Notes: generated from the sequence alone by a model not told the origin. A stretch of DNA of 64,000 nt from an uncultured Pelagibacteraceae bacterium (GCA_902597055.1 CACJWG010000005.1:538-64537); one strand, 5' to 3'; positions 30,674-42,200 are shown, counted from the stretch's first letter. Made by a program: numbers and translations.

Positions 30674-31780
30674 ATGTCAAAAAATTCTAAAGATATTGTT
30701 TTTGTTGCAGCTCAAAGATCAGCTATAGGAAGGTACAAAGGCATTTACAAAGATCTACAAGCTCATAATTTAGGTTCATCAGTAATCAAAAGTTTAATTA
30801 AAAAGACGAAACTAAAAGCTGATGAAATTGATGAGGTAATATTAGGCCAGGTGTTGACAGGATCTTGTGGACAAAATCCAGCTAGGCAAGCAGCTATAAA
30901 TTCTGGAATTCCTAAAGAAAAAACTGCAATAATTATAAATCAAGTTTGTGGGTCTGGACTAAGATCTATTGTAAATGGATATCAATCATTAATAACAAAT
31001 TCTGCAAACTTTATAATCGCTGGGGGTCAAGAAAGTATGACTAACTCACTTCATGATCAAATGATGAAAGATGGTTTGACAGATGCTTTTTATAATTATC
31101 ATATGGGTGTTACAGCTGAAAATATTGCTGCAAAATATAATATATCAAGACAAGAACAAGATGAATTTGCATATGAGTCCCAACAGAAAGCAAATGAGGC
31201 AATAAATAAAAAAAAATTTGATAACGAAATCATTAACGATGATACTGACGAACATCCAAGAACTGGAATTACAATAAATGATCTTTCAAAATTAAATTCT
31301 GTATTCAAAGAAAAGGGAACCGTCACTCCTGGAAATTCATCTGGTATTAATGATGGAGCCGCTGCAGTTGTTTTAACTACAAGAGATTTAGCTGAAAAAC
31401 ATAATTTAGAAATATTAGGAAAGATTATATCTTGGGCAACCTGTGGTGTTGATCCATCCATAATGGGGCTAGGGCCAATCCCTTCATCAAACAAAGCTCT
31501 TGAAATAGCGAAATGGAATGTAAAAGATTTGGACTTAGTTGAAATTAATGAAGCGTTCGCCGCACAAAGCATTGCTGTAATAAAAGAGTTAAAAATTCCT
31601 AAAGAAAAAGTAAATGTCAATGGCGGAGCAATAGCACTCGGTCATCCTATAGGTGCCTCAGGAGCAAGAATTGTTGTTACGCTTTTAAATGAATTAAAAA
31701 AAATAGGTGGAAAAAAAGGTTTGGCAACACTATGCATCGGAGGAGGTATGGGAATTTCGATGTGTATAGAAAAAGATTAA
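30674..31780 (+). CDS. Acetyl-CoA C-acetyltransferase (thiolase)
   Basis: NQVCGSG, NEAFAAQ, GHPIGASG, CIGGGMG. Confidence 0.95.
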   Translation: MSKNSKDIVFVAAQRSAIGRYKGIYKDLQAHNLGSSVIKSLIKKTKLKADEIDEVILGQVLTGSCGQNPARQAAINSGIPKEKTAIIINQVCGSGLRSIVNGYQSLITNSANFIIAGGQESMTNSLHDQMMKDGLTDAFYNYHMGVTAENIAAKYNISRQEQDEFAYESQQKANEAINKKKFDNEIINDDTDEHPRTGITINDLSKLNSVFKEKGTVTPGNSSGINDGAAAVVLTTRDLAEKHNLEILGKIISWATCGVDPSIMGLGPIPSSNKALEIAKWNVKDLDLVEINEAFAAQSIAVIKELKIPKEKVNVNGGAIALGHPIGASGARIVVTLLNELKKIGGKKGLATLCIGGGMGISMCIEKD

Positions 31781-31967
31781 TATTTGAGCGTTTTATAATA
31801 TTTATTTAGAATAATATTTTGTATCCAAATTTTTGCATCTAAATTTTTATAATTAGGCTTTTTCTTTATAAAATTAATCAATATTTTTAACATATGCTAA
31901 TTAACCCATTTTAGGATGACGAAAAAAAGATATAAATATGTTAAAATATTGATCTTTAAAAATATAG

Positions 31968-34900
31968 ATGAAAAAAGATATTCTAGTACCTGATATAGGA
32001 GATTTTGAAAATGTAGAAATTATTGAAGTCCTTGTTAAAGAGGGTCAAAAAATTCAAAACAATGACTCTATTGTTACACTTGAAAGTGATAAATCAAGTG
32101 TAGAGGTCCCAAGCACGGAAGAAGGTGAGGTCTCAAAAATTTTAGTAAAAGTGGGTGATAAAGTATCGAAGGGAGATAAGCTAATAGAGATTCAATCTGC
32201 TTCTGAAAAAAAACAAGAACCTGAGAAAAAAGAAGTCAAAAATTTAGATATTCCTAAAGATACTGAAAAAATAATTGTAGACGCAGAAAAATCTCAAAGA
32301 GTAGAACAAGAAAAACCTGTTGAAACACAAACTATTAGCCAAGAGAAAAAGAAACCAACCAGAAATATTGAAATAATATCTGATGGCAATGATTTAGATC
32401 CAACTGAAACAAAAGAGTGGCTAGAGTCTTTATCTGCAGTTCTTCAAAATGATGGTAAAGAAAGAGCTCAATATTTAATAAAACAATTAATTGAACATTC
32501 TTATAAAGAAGGCTCAGATTTAGTCTTATCTCGAAATACACCTTACATAAATACTATTCCTCCTGAAGAGGATAAAAAATCTCCAGGAGATCAAAACATT
32601 GAAAGAAAAATAAGATCTTTAATTAGATGGAATGCAGCTGCTATGGTTGTACGAGCTAATAAAAAAAATCCTGATCTTGGTGGTCACATAGGAACCTTTG
32701 CTTCAGCTGCAACGTTATATGACGTTGGTATGAATCATTTTTGGAGAGCAAAAAATAATAAGTTTGGTGGAGATTTAATATATTTCCAAGGTCATAGTGC
32801 TCCTGGAATTTATGCAAGATCTTTTTTAGAGGGAAGATTTACTGAGAAACAACTGGACTCGTTTAGACAGGAGGTCTTACCAGGTGGTTTGTCTTCATAT
32901 CCCCACCCTTGGCTTATGCCGAACTACTGGCAGTTTCCAACTGTATCAATGGGTCTTGGCCCAATGTTAGCGATCTATCAGGCAAGGTTTATGAAATATT
33001 TAATTAATAGAGGTTTGATTAAAGATGAGAATAGAAAAGTTTGGGCCTTTTTAGGAGATGGGGAAATGGATGAACCGGAGTCTTTAGGTGCAATTGGATT
33101 AGCATCCAGAGAAAAATTAGATAACCTAATATTTGTAGTTAACTGCAATCTTCAAAGATTAGATGGACCCGTTAGAGGCAATGGAAAGATAATTCAGGAA
33201 CTTGAGGGAATTTTTAGAGGAGCCGGTTGGAACGTGTTGAAGGTGATATGGGGATCATACTGGGACCAATTATTAGCAAAAGATAAAACAGGTTTATTAG
33301 TAAAAAGAATGAACGAAGCTGTTGATGGTGAGTATCAAGCATTTAAGGCGAAAGGCGGCGCATATGTAAGAGACAAATTTTTTGGAAAATACAAAGAATT
33401 AAAAGAAATGGTCTCAAGCTTAACCGATAGAGATATATGGAAGCTAAATCGAGGAGGCCATGATCCACATAAAGTGTATTCAGCTTACCATAGAGCAGTA
33501 GAAAACAAAGGTAGTCCAACAGTGATAATTGCCAAAACTATCAAAGGTTATGGAATGGGTAAATCAGGAGAAAGTATTAATACCACCCATCAACAAAAGA
33601 AATTGGACGTAGACGATTTACTTTATTACAGAGATCGATTTGATGTTCCTTTAACTGACGAGCAAGTAAAAAATATTGAGTACTACAGACCAAAAGAAGA
33701 CTCACAAGAAATAAAATATTTAAAAGAGAGAAGATTACAACTTGGTGGCTTCATTCCTGAGAGATCATCTTTTGCCAAACCAATTAAAGTTCCTCCAAAA
33801 GATATCTTCGATGTGATGAAACAATCAACAGGCACTAAAGGGATGTCGACGACTATGGCACTAGTTAGAATGTTAACAAACCTCTTAAGAGATAAAAATG
33901 TTTCACCCAAATTAGTTCCTATAATTCCTGATGAGGCTAGAACATTTGGCATGGAGGGTTTTTTTCAAAAAATTGGTATTTACGCGCATGAAGGTCAAAA
34001 GTATGAGCCTGTGGATTCGAAACTACTTTCATCTTACAGGGAAGATAAATCAGGACAGGTGTTAGAGGAGGGAATAACGGAGGCTGGTTCCATGTCATCT
34101 TGGATAGCAGCAGGAACATCATATACTAATCATGATATAGAAATGATTCCAATATATTTGTTCTATTCAATGTTTGGTTTTCAAAGAGTCGGTGATTTCG
34201 CCTGGGCTGCAGGAGATAGTCAGGCAAGAGGATTTCTTATTGGCGCTACATCTGGGAGAACAACTTTGGCTGGAGAAGGATTACAACATCAAGATGGACA
34301 TAGCCATCTACTTGCTTCCACAATACCAAATTGTGTTTCCTATGACCCAACCTTTGCTTATGAGTTAGCTGTAATATTCAGAGATGGTTTAAGAAGAATG
34401 TATGAAAAAAAGGAAAATATTTTTTATTATATTACAACAATGAATGAAAATTATCCGCATCCAGCGATACCAAAAGATAAAAATATTGAAGAAGCAATCT
34501 TAAAAGGAATGTATAAAATTAAACAAGTTTCAAAAAACAAAAAAACAAAAATTCAACTATTAGGATCTGGAACTATTTTAAGAGAAATGATGCAGGCAGC
34601 AGATATATTGGATAAAGATTTTAAAATTGATTGTGATGTATGGAGTGTCACGAGTTTTAATGAATTAAGAAAAGATGGCATGGAAGTCGAGAGATTTAAT
34701 CTTTTAAACCCAAATGAAAAACCAAAAAAAACATATGTTGAGAATTGCTTAAAAGACGCTGAAGGCCCTATATTAGCTGCATCAGATTATATGAGAATTA
34801 CATCAGATCAAATAAGACCGTTTACTAACAAAAGTTTTTATTCACTAGGAACAGATGGATATGGGAGAAGTGACAGTAGAGAAAAACTAAGAAATTTCTT

Positions 34901-35039
34901 TGAGGTTGATAAAAAATATATTGTTACTTATGCTTTAAGTGTTTTAGCAAAAGAACAATTAATCCCCTCAAAATATGCAGAACAAGCGATTAAGAAATAT
35001 AACATTGATAAAAATAAACCTATACCAACAAAATTATGA
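31968..35039 (+). CDS. aceE: Pyruvate dehydrogenase E1 (homodimeric type) with N-terminal lipoyl domain
   Basis: VPDIG...TLESDKSSVEVP lipoyl domain, linker, then AceE motifs GGHIGTFAS, FQGHSAPG, GDGEMDEPES, GEGLQHQDG. Confidence 0.95.
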   Translation: MKKDILVPDIGDFENVEIIEVLVKEGQKIQNNDSIVTLESDKSSVEVPSTEEGEVSKILVKVGDKVSKGDKLIEIQSASEKKQEPEKKEVKNLDIPKDTEKIIVDAEKSQRVEQEKPVETQTISQEKKKPTRNIEIISDGNDLDPTETKEWLESLSAVLQNDGKERAQYLIKQLIEHSYKEGSDLVLSRNTPYINTIPPEEDKKSPGDQNIERKIRSLIRWNAAAMVVRANKKNPDLGGHIGTFASAATLYDVGMNHFWRAKNNKFGGDLIYFQGHSAPGIYARSFLEGRFTEKQLDSFRQEVLPGGLSSYPHPWLMPNYWQFPTVSMGLGPMLAIYQARFMKYLINRGLIKDENRKVWAFLGDGEMDEPESLGAIGLASREKLDNLIFVVNCNLQRLDGPVRGNGKIIQELEGIFRGAGWNVLKVIWGSYWDQLLAKDKTGLLVKRMNEAVDGEYQAFKAKGGAYVRDKFFGKYKELKEMVSSLTDRDIWKLNRGGHDPHKVYSAYHRAVENKGSPTVIIAKTIKGYGMGKSGESINTTHQQKKLDVDDLLYYRDRFDVPLTDEQVKNIEYYRPKEDSQEIKYLKERRLQLGGFIPERSSFAKPIKVPPKDIFDVMKQSTGTKGMSTTMALVRMLTNLLRDKNVSPKLVPIIPDEARTFGMEGFFQKIGIYAHEGQKYEPVDSKLLSSYREDKSGQVLEEGITEAGSMSSWIAAGTSYTNHDIEMIPIYLFYSMFGFQRVGDFAWAAGDSQARGFLIGATSGRTTLAGEGLQHQDGHSHLLASTIPNCVSYDPTFAYELAVIFRDGLRRMYEKKENIFYYITTMNENYPHPAIPKDKNIEEAILKGMYKIKQVSKNKKTKIQLLGSGTILREMMQAADILDKDFKIDCDVWSVTSFNELRKDGMEVERFNLLNPNEKPKKTYVENCLKDAEGPILAASDYMRITSDQIRPFTNKSFYSLGTDGYGRSDSREKLRNFFEVDKKYIVTYALSVLAKEQLIPSKYAEQAIKKYNIDKNKPIPTKL

Positions 35040-35932
35040 TTAATAGAATACTCGCCACTCCAAAAGTAAGAAAGTTTGCAAGAGAATTAGGGGCTGATAT
35101 TTCAAATCTTAAAGGGTCTGAAAGGAACGGCAGGATAACAGAGGAAGATGTTAAAAATTTTATAAAAGGTTCTAAAAAGAATACGCTATTAAAAGAAACA
35201 CAAAAACCAGAGCCAAAAATTAACTTAATTGATCACTCTGAATTTGGTGAAATAGAAGTTGTTGAAATGCCACGAGTAAAAAGGCTCGCAGCACCGCTGT
35301 TATCAGAGTCGTGGAGAACTATCCCGCACGTCACCCATCATGATGAGGCTGATGTGACTGAACTTGAAAACTTCCGTAAAAATTTAAAGGATGGCTACAC
35401 AGGTGAGCAAAAGAAAATTACCCCACTTGCTTTTATAATTAAGGCATTAGTGAAGAGCATGATGAAATATCCAATCTTCAATTCATCTATAAAAGACGAA
35501 GAAAAATATCAAATAATATTAAAAAAATATTTTCATATCGGTATTGCAGTAGATACTCCACATGGTCTCATGGTTCCTAAAATAAGAGATGCCGATAAAT
35601 TTAAGATATCTGACTTATCGCAAAAACTAAAAGAAGTAAGTGATAAATGCAGAAATCTAAAAATTGATAAAAAAGAATTTCAAGGTGGCTCAATAACTAT
35701 CACTAGTCTTGGAGGAATAGGTGGAACATTTTTTACACCCATAATAAACCCTCCTGAGGTAGCTATATTAGGAATAGGAAAAATATTTCAAAAAGATAAA
35801 AGCGAGAAACTTATACTTCCACTGTCATTATCCTATGACCACAGAATTATTAACGGAGCAGATGCTGCTAGGTTTTGTAATGAAATTAAAGAAAACTTAG
35901 GTAAAAATTTCGCTTACAACCTCTCAATATAA
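35036..35932 (+). CDS. aceF: Dihydrolipoamide acetyltransferase E2 lacking a lipoyl domain
   Basis: Starts directly at the subunit-binding domain (ATPKVRKFARELG...GRIT); catalytic domain with SYDHRIING. Confidence 0.92.
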   Translation: MINRILATPKVRKFARELGADISNLKGSERNGRITEEDVKNFIKGSKKNTLLKETQKPEPKINLIDHSEFGEIEVVEMPRVKRLAAPLLSESWRTIPHVTHHDEADVTELENFRKNLKDGYTGEQKKITPLAFIIKALVKSMMKYPIFNSSIKDEEKYQIILKKYFHIGIAVDTPHGLMVPKIRDADKFKISDLSQKLKEVSDKCRNLKIDKKEFQGGSITITSLGGIGGTFFTPIINPPEVAILGIGKIFQKDKSEKLILPLSLSYDHRIINGADAARFCNEIKENLGKNFAYNLSI

Positions 35933-35940
35933 TTAATTAA

Positions 35941-36846
35941 ATGTCAAAGAGACTATCACTTATAAGCGCGTTTGTTTGTTGTTTGATCTGGGGTACTACG
36001 TTTATTGCACAAGACACAGGGATGGATGAAATAGGGCCTTTCACATTTAATGGTGTGAGATTTTTTGTTGGTTTCCTTGCTCTTATTCCATTTTTTTTTG
36101 TAATTGAAAAAAATAAATTTTTTAATCAATTTAATAAAGATAGAAAAAATTTTCTATATCTCTCAATCTCTATAGGTATATTTTTATTCTTAGCCTCTGC
36201 ATTACAACAAGTTGCGCTTCTTTATACTGATGTAGCTAATGCAGCTTTCTTTACAATTTTTTATGTACCTTTAGTACCATTTGTTCTTTATATCCTTTAT
36301 CGAAAAAAAGTTCATTGGAGTGTTTGGCCGTCTGTTTTGTTGTGTGTAGTAGGAGGATATCTGCTAACAAATTTTTACGACGCATCAGTAAGAAAAGGAG
36401 ACATATTAGTATTGATATGCGCTTTGTTTTGGAGTTTACACATTATTTTTATCGGTCAACTAGTAGAAAAATTTGATTTACCGGTCACAGTTGGTCTTAT
36501 TCAAACTTTAATAGTATCAATTTTATCAATTTTTATTGGATTAGTTTACGAGACTTTTACAATTTCAAATATTTTATCCGAGACATATGAAATTCTTTAT
36601 GCGGGCGTATTATCTGGTGGATTTGCCTTTGTTTTACAAATTTACGCGCAAAAAAACATTAGTCCCGCACCAGCAGCAATAATTTATTCATTAGAGGGTG
36701 TTTTTGCAACAATTGCAGCTTGGATTATACTAAATCAAATTTTAAACATAGATAATATTTTAGGATGTTTATTTATTCTTGCTGGAGTTTTGCTTTCACA
36801 ATTGATGCCAGAATTTAAACGATTAAGTATAGATAAACCAAAATAA
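35941..36846 (+). CDS. DMT/EamA-family transporter
   Basis: IWGTTF, about ten TM segments, LEGVFA. Confidence 0.88.
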   Translation: MSKRLSLISAFVCCLIWGTTFIAQDTGMDEIGPFTFNGVRFFVGFLALIPFFFVIEKNKFFNQFNKDRKNFLYLSISIGIFLFLASALQQVALLYTDVANAAFFTIFYVPLVPFVLYILYRKKVHWSVWPSVLLCVVGGYLLTNFYDASVRKGDILVLICALFWSLHIIFIGQLVEKFDLPVTVGLIQTLIVSILSIFIGLVYETFTISNILSETYEILYAGVLSGGFAFVLQIYAQKNISPAPAAIIYSLEGVFATIAAWIILNQILNIDNILGCLFILAGVLLSQLMPEFKRLSIDKPK

Positions 36847-37587
36847 GACTAATCCCAAGCAAACCCTATAAATTACAAAAAAATTCATACTAAATTTTTT
36901 AACAAAAATTAAAAAATATTTAATTGTGATATATGAGAAAATAAAAGAACAGATGACCGCAAGAAAAACAATAAAATTTACTTCAATATTTGAAAAAGTT
37001 AATTCTTTTAAGTTTAAAAAACTTGCACCGGCGATTGCTGGTACAGAGAGAAAAAATGAAATTTTAGCTGAATCGTATCGATCAAAGTTGAGTAATCTAC
37101 CAGCAGTAATAACAATTCCAGCTCTACTTACTCCTGGAATTAATGCAAGCACTTGAAAAATGCCAATAGCAAGTATTGCCTTTAAATTTAAATCTGTATC
37201 AATTTTTTTTCTTACAGAAAATTTATCAGCAATATATAAAAAGATTGCAAAAATTACTGTGGTCCACGCTATTATTTCAATGCTTCTAAAATAACTAATT
37301 AAGCTGGTTTTAAATACAAAGAAACCAACTATAATTAGAGGTAGAGATCCAAAAATTAATAATTTAAGTAATTTTTGATCTTTGAATAATTTTAAAAAAT
37401 CATCTCTAAAATAAAATAGTATTGCTAATAGTGATCCTAAATGAAGAGAAACATCAGTCAAAAGAGACTTTATCTCAAAATTTTGTACTTCAGACATTAA
37501 GTATAAGTGAGCAGAGGAACTCACGGGAATAAATTCAGATATCCCTTGTATTGCTGATAAAATTAAAATTTCGATGAATTCCGCCAT
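36823..37587 (-). CDS. uppP: Undecaprenyl-diphosphatase
   Basis: QGISEFIPVSSSAH, PGVSRAG. Confidence 0.95.
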   Translation of the reverse strand: MAEFIEILILSAIQGISEFIPVSSSAHLYLMSEVQNFEIKSLLTDVSLHLGSLLAILFYFRDDFLKLFKDQKLLKLLIFGSLPLIIVGFFVFKTSLISYFRSIEIIAWTTVIFAIFLYIADKFSVRKKIDTDLNLKAILAIGIFQVLALIPGVSRAGIVITAGRLLNFDRYDSAKISFFLSVPAIAGASFLNLKELTFSNIEVNFIVFLAVICSFIFSYITIKYFLIFVKKFSMNFFVIYRVCLGLVLFWFIYT

Positions 37588-37639
37588 AATTAATTATTTA
37601 ACTAAACTAATTAGGGGTAAATTAAAGCAATAACATGAA

Positions 37640-37656
37640 TGCATATGAGGTATGCA
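37640..37656. promoter_or_regulatory. Palindromic operator TGCATA-N5-TATGCA (NtrC/NtrX-like)
   Basis: Perfect 6-bp inverted repeat in the uppP/gltD divergent spacer. Confidence 0.5.
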
Positions 37657-37765
37657 AAACAGGAAAAAACTAGCAAAAACAGTGAATTTTTTAAAATATA
37701 GGTAATAATAACTGTCCTATTTTTCGTTTAATTCAACAGTCTAATAATATATAAGCCACCACACT

Positions 37766-39205
37766 ATGTCTGAAAAAATGCTCAAATTTGTGGAAATAGG
37801 TCAACAAAACCCACCTAAAAGGAAAACCGATTCCAGAAAAGAAGATTTTAATGAGATATATAAAGCGTTCATTCATGAAGGTGCGAAAGAACAATCAAGC
37901 AGATGCTCTCAATGCGGTGTTCCTTTTTGCCAAGTTCACTGTCCTCTAAGTAACAATATTCCAGATTGGTTAAAACTTACAGCGGAGGGAAGATTAGAAG
38001 AGGCTTACAATTTATCTCAAAGTACAAATAATATGCCAGAGGTCTGCGGAAGAATTTGTCCGCAAGATAGATTGTGTGAAGGTAATTGTGTTATCGAACA
38101 GTCTGGTCATGGAACGGTAACGATAGGATCTGTTGAGAAATTTATAACCGACAATGCTTGGGACAAGGGTTGGGTAAAGCCAATCAAAGTTGAGAGGGAA
38201 TTAACTCAAAGTATAGGAATCATTGGATCTGGACCTGCGGGTATGGCTTGTGCCGAGCAGCTCAGAAAAAAGGGTTACCAAATAACTATTTACGATAGAT
38301 ATGATAGAGCTGGTGGATTATTAATATACGGAATACCGAATTTTAAATTGGAAAAACATGTTGTCGAAAGAAGAACAAAGCTTTTACAGGATGGTGGGAT
38401 TAAATTCGTTTTAAATTTCGAAGTTGGAAAAGATGCTTCATTAAGTGAATTAAAAGAAAAACACGATGCTGTTTTGATTTCTACTGGAGTTTATAAACCA
38501 AGAGAAATTGAAATCGAAGGTAGTGATTTAAACAATATTTATCCTGCAATGGAATTCTTGACTGCATCAAATAAAAAAGGTTTAGGAGATAAAGTTGAAA
38601 ACTTTGACAATGGATCTCTTGATGCAAAAAATAAAGACGTTATTGTAATCGGGGGTGGTGATACTGCAATGGACTGTGTAAGAACCGCCGTAAGACAGAA
38701 AGCTAAATCGGTAAAATGTTTATATAGAAGAGATAAAGAAAACATGCCAGGTTCATCAAGAGAAGTTGCAAACGCTGAGGAAGAGGGCGTTGAATTTGTT
38801 TGGTTATCGAGTCCGAAAAAGTTTTTAGGTAAAAACAAAATAGAAAAAGTTTCAGTAGATAAAATTAAACTTGGAGATCCCGACGAAAGTGGAAGAAGAA
38901 AACCTATTATTCAAGAAAATTCCGATTTCGAACTGAAAGCTGACATGGTTATCAAATCTTTAGGCTTCGACCCAGAGGATCTACCAGTATTATTTGGTGA
39001 AAGCAAATTACAAGTTTCAAGATGGGGAACAATTAAAATTGATTTTGATACTATGGAGACAAGTGTAAAGGGTGTATTTGCAGCTGGCGATATAGTCCGT
39101 GGAGCTTCATTGGTTGTTTGGGCTATAAAAGATGGAAGAGATGTTGCAGAAAGTATTCATAAATATTTGAAAGATTTAAAGGACTCAAAGAGAAAGGTAG
39201 CCTAA
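37766..39205 (+). CDS. gltD: Glutamate synthase small subunit
   Basis: RCSQCGVPFCQVHCP, GRICPQDRLCEGNC, GSGPAG, GGGDTAMDC. Confidence 0.97.
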   Translation: MSEKMLKFVEIGQQNPPKRKTDSRKEDFNEIYKAFIHEGAKEQSSRCSQCGVPFCQVHCPLSNNIPDWLKLTAEGRLEEAYNLSQSTNNMPEVCGRICPQDRLCEGNCVIEQSGHGTVTIGSVEKFITDNAWDKGWVKPIKVERELTQSIGIIGSGPAGMACAEQLRKKGYQITIYDRYDRAGGLLIYGIPNFKLEKHVVERRTKLLQDGGIKFVLNFEVGKDASLSELKEKHDAVLISTGVYKPREIEIEGSDLNNIYPAMEFLTASNKKGLGDKVENFDNGSLDAKNKDVIVIGGGDTAMDCVRTAVRQKAKSVKCLYRRDKENMPGSSREVANAEEEGVEFVWLSSPKKFLGKNKIEKVSVDKIKLGDPDESGRRKPIIQENSDFELKADMVIKSLGFDPEDLPVLFGESKLQVSRWGTIKIDFDTMETSVKGVFAAGDIVRGASLVVWAIKDGRDVAESIHKYLKDLKDSKRKVA

Positions 39206-39207
39206 CC

Positions 39208-42200
39208 GTGAGTAAAAAAAGGATAAATCTAAAGTTAGAAAAATTAAGAAGAAATGAAAACTTAGAATTATTAAAATCAAATCATGTTTACAGCGAAAAT
39301 ATGGAACATGATGCTTGTGGAGTTGGTTTGGTATCATCTACAGATGGAAAAAAATCAAGACAAGTTGTTGAATACGGAATTGAAGCATTAAAAGCTGTTT
39401 GGCATCGAGGAGCAATTGATGCTGATGGAAAAACAGGTGATGGTGCTGGTATCCATATAGAAATTCCTTCGGATTTTTTTATCGAAAAAATTGAAGCTAC
39501 AGGTCATAAACATGATAAATCAGAAGTTTGTGTGGGAATGTTGTTTCTTCCAAGAAATAATTATGGCGCCCAAGAGGCTTGCAGAACTATTGTTGAAAGT
39601 GAGTTAACAAAAAGTAATTTTAACATCTATGGATGGAGACAGGTACCTGTTAACCCTTCTGTTCTAGGAGAAAAGGCAGATTTAAATAGACCAGAAATTA
39701 CACAAGTCTTGTTTAAACATAATGATAAAAATGAAAAGGGTAAGTCACTAGAGATAAAACTTTATGAAGCTAGAAGAAAGATTGAAAAAAAAATACTTCA
39801 AGAAAACCTTAATGAATTTTACATATGTTCGTTTAGCTCTAAATCAATCATTTACAAGGGAATGTTCCTTGCTGAGTCCTTGTCTGATTTTTATTTAGAT
39901 CTTAAAGATCCAAGATTTGTATCAAGGTATGCAATTTTTCATCAGAGATTTTCGACCAATACCGCACCAAGCTGGGATCTGGCACAACCATTCAGAGCTC
40001 TAGCACATAATGGAGAAATAAATACCCTAAAAGGTAACGTAAATTGGATGAAGGTTCATGAGGAAGAAATGTTCAGCCCAGTTTTTGAGGATATGGAGAA
40101 CTTAAAACCAGTGATCCCAAGCGGAAATTCAGATTCAGCATCATTAGATAATGTTTTTGAATTACTTAATATTTCTGGTCAACCTGCGCCTTTAGCAAAA
40201 TTAATGTTAATACCTGATGCTTGGTCTAAGAAAAGTAAAGTGCTACCAGCTGAACATCAAAAATTATTTAACTTTCTTAATAGCACAATGGAACCATGGG
40301 ATGGTCCTGCAGCTATTGCTGCTACAGATAATGAATGGGTGATAGTTGCTACAGACAGAAATGGTCTTAGACCTATGCGATACACAATCACAAAAGATAA
40401 TTTACTTTTTGCTGGATCAGAAACTGGAATGATTGAACTTAATGAAAAAAAGATAGTTTCAAAAGGAAGACTAGGTCCTGGTGAAATTTTAGGTGTAAGA
40501 ATAGAAAAAGGGAAGATATTTAAAAATAAAGATATAAAAAACTACTTAGCAAAAGAGTACAAACATTTTAATAACCAGATTATTGATTTAGACAAAAAAT
40601 TCCCGATCAAAAATGAGACAAATTTATTTAAAGGTGATCAATTAAGAAAACTTCAACATTGTTTTGGATACAGTTTAGAAGACCTTGAATTGATACTCCA
40701 CCCAATGGCAGAGGATGCAAAAGAGGCGACTGGATCAATGGGTGATGATACACCTCTAGCAGTTTTGTCTAACAAATATAGACCCTTGTATCATTTTTTT
40801 AGACAGAATTTTAGCCAGGTAACAAATCCGCCAATCGACTCATTAAGAGAAAATAAGGTTATGAGTTTAAAAACAAGGTTTGGAAATCTTGGTAATATTT
40901 TAGATTTTAATAACCTTACTGAAGAAAATATTTATGTACTAAACAGTCCAATTCTATCAAACAAACAGTTTGAAAAATTTGTTTCTTTTTTTGACAAAAA
41001 TAATCAAGTTTTAGATTGCACTTTTACTAATGAAGAAAATATAGAGTCTTCACTCGAAAGATTAAAAAAAGAGGCTGAAGTTTTAGTAAGACAAGGGGTA
41101 ACGCAACTAATTTTAAGCGATAAAGAAGTTTCTAAGGACAAATACCCAATTCCTATGCTTCTATGTATTGGTGCTGTTCATACTCATCTTATCAAATTAA
41201 AGTTAAGAGGTTATGTTTCAATTAATGCTCAAACGGGTGAAGCGCTAGATACCCACTCTTTTGCAACACTTATAGGAGTTGGAGCTACTACAGTTAATCC
41301 TTATTTAGCATTAGACAGTCTTTACCAGAGATTTGAAAAAAAATTATTTGGAAAGTTTATTTACGATGATTGTGTAGAAAGATATGTAAAATCCGTAAAC
41401 TTAGGCCTTTTAAAAATAATGTCAAAAATGGGTATTTCTGTAATTAGTTCTTACAGAGGAGGATGTAATTTTGAAACTGTAGGATTAAGCAGAACAATTG
41501 TTAATGATTTTTTTCCTGGTGTTACCTCTAAAATTTCAGGTATCGGACTTACAGGGATTGAAAAAAAAATAAGAGGTATTCATGAGGAGGCTTTTAGATC
41601 TGACACAAACGTATTACCAATAGGAGGAATTTATCGATATAGAAAAAATGGTGAGACACACCAATACCAAGGTAAACTCATACATTTGCTTCAATCGGCA
41701 GTTACAAACAAATCTTATGAATTATATAAAAAATACTCTAAAGGAATATATGAGTTACCCCCTATAAATTTAAGGGACTTAATTGATTTCAAGAAAAAAA
41801 ATACAATCAGCATCGATGAAGTGGAACCAGTTGAGAATATCTTAAAACGTTTTGGAAGTGGAAGTATGTCCCATGGAGCATTATCAAAAGAAGCTCACGA
41901 AACACTAGCTATTGGAATGAATAGAATTAAAGGAGCATCTTGTAGTGGAGAAGGTGGTGAAGATGAAAAAAGATTTCAAATTCAATCTAATGGAGATAGT
42001 GCTAATTCAAGAGTGAAACAAATAGCATCCGCAAGATTTGGAGTTACAATTAATTATTTAAATAACTGTAACGAGATAGAAATTAAAATTGCACAAGGCG
42101 CTAAACCAGGAGAAGGTGGGCAGTTACCCGGATTTAAGGTCACAAAAGAAATTGCCAGATTAAGACATTCTACTCCTGGGGTGACTTTAATATCGCCCCC

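Noticed and set aside
31805-31821. TTTAGAATAATATTTTG as an ICE box before aceE
   Set aside because: Only one half-site matches, which is expected by chance in AT-rich DNA.
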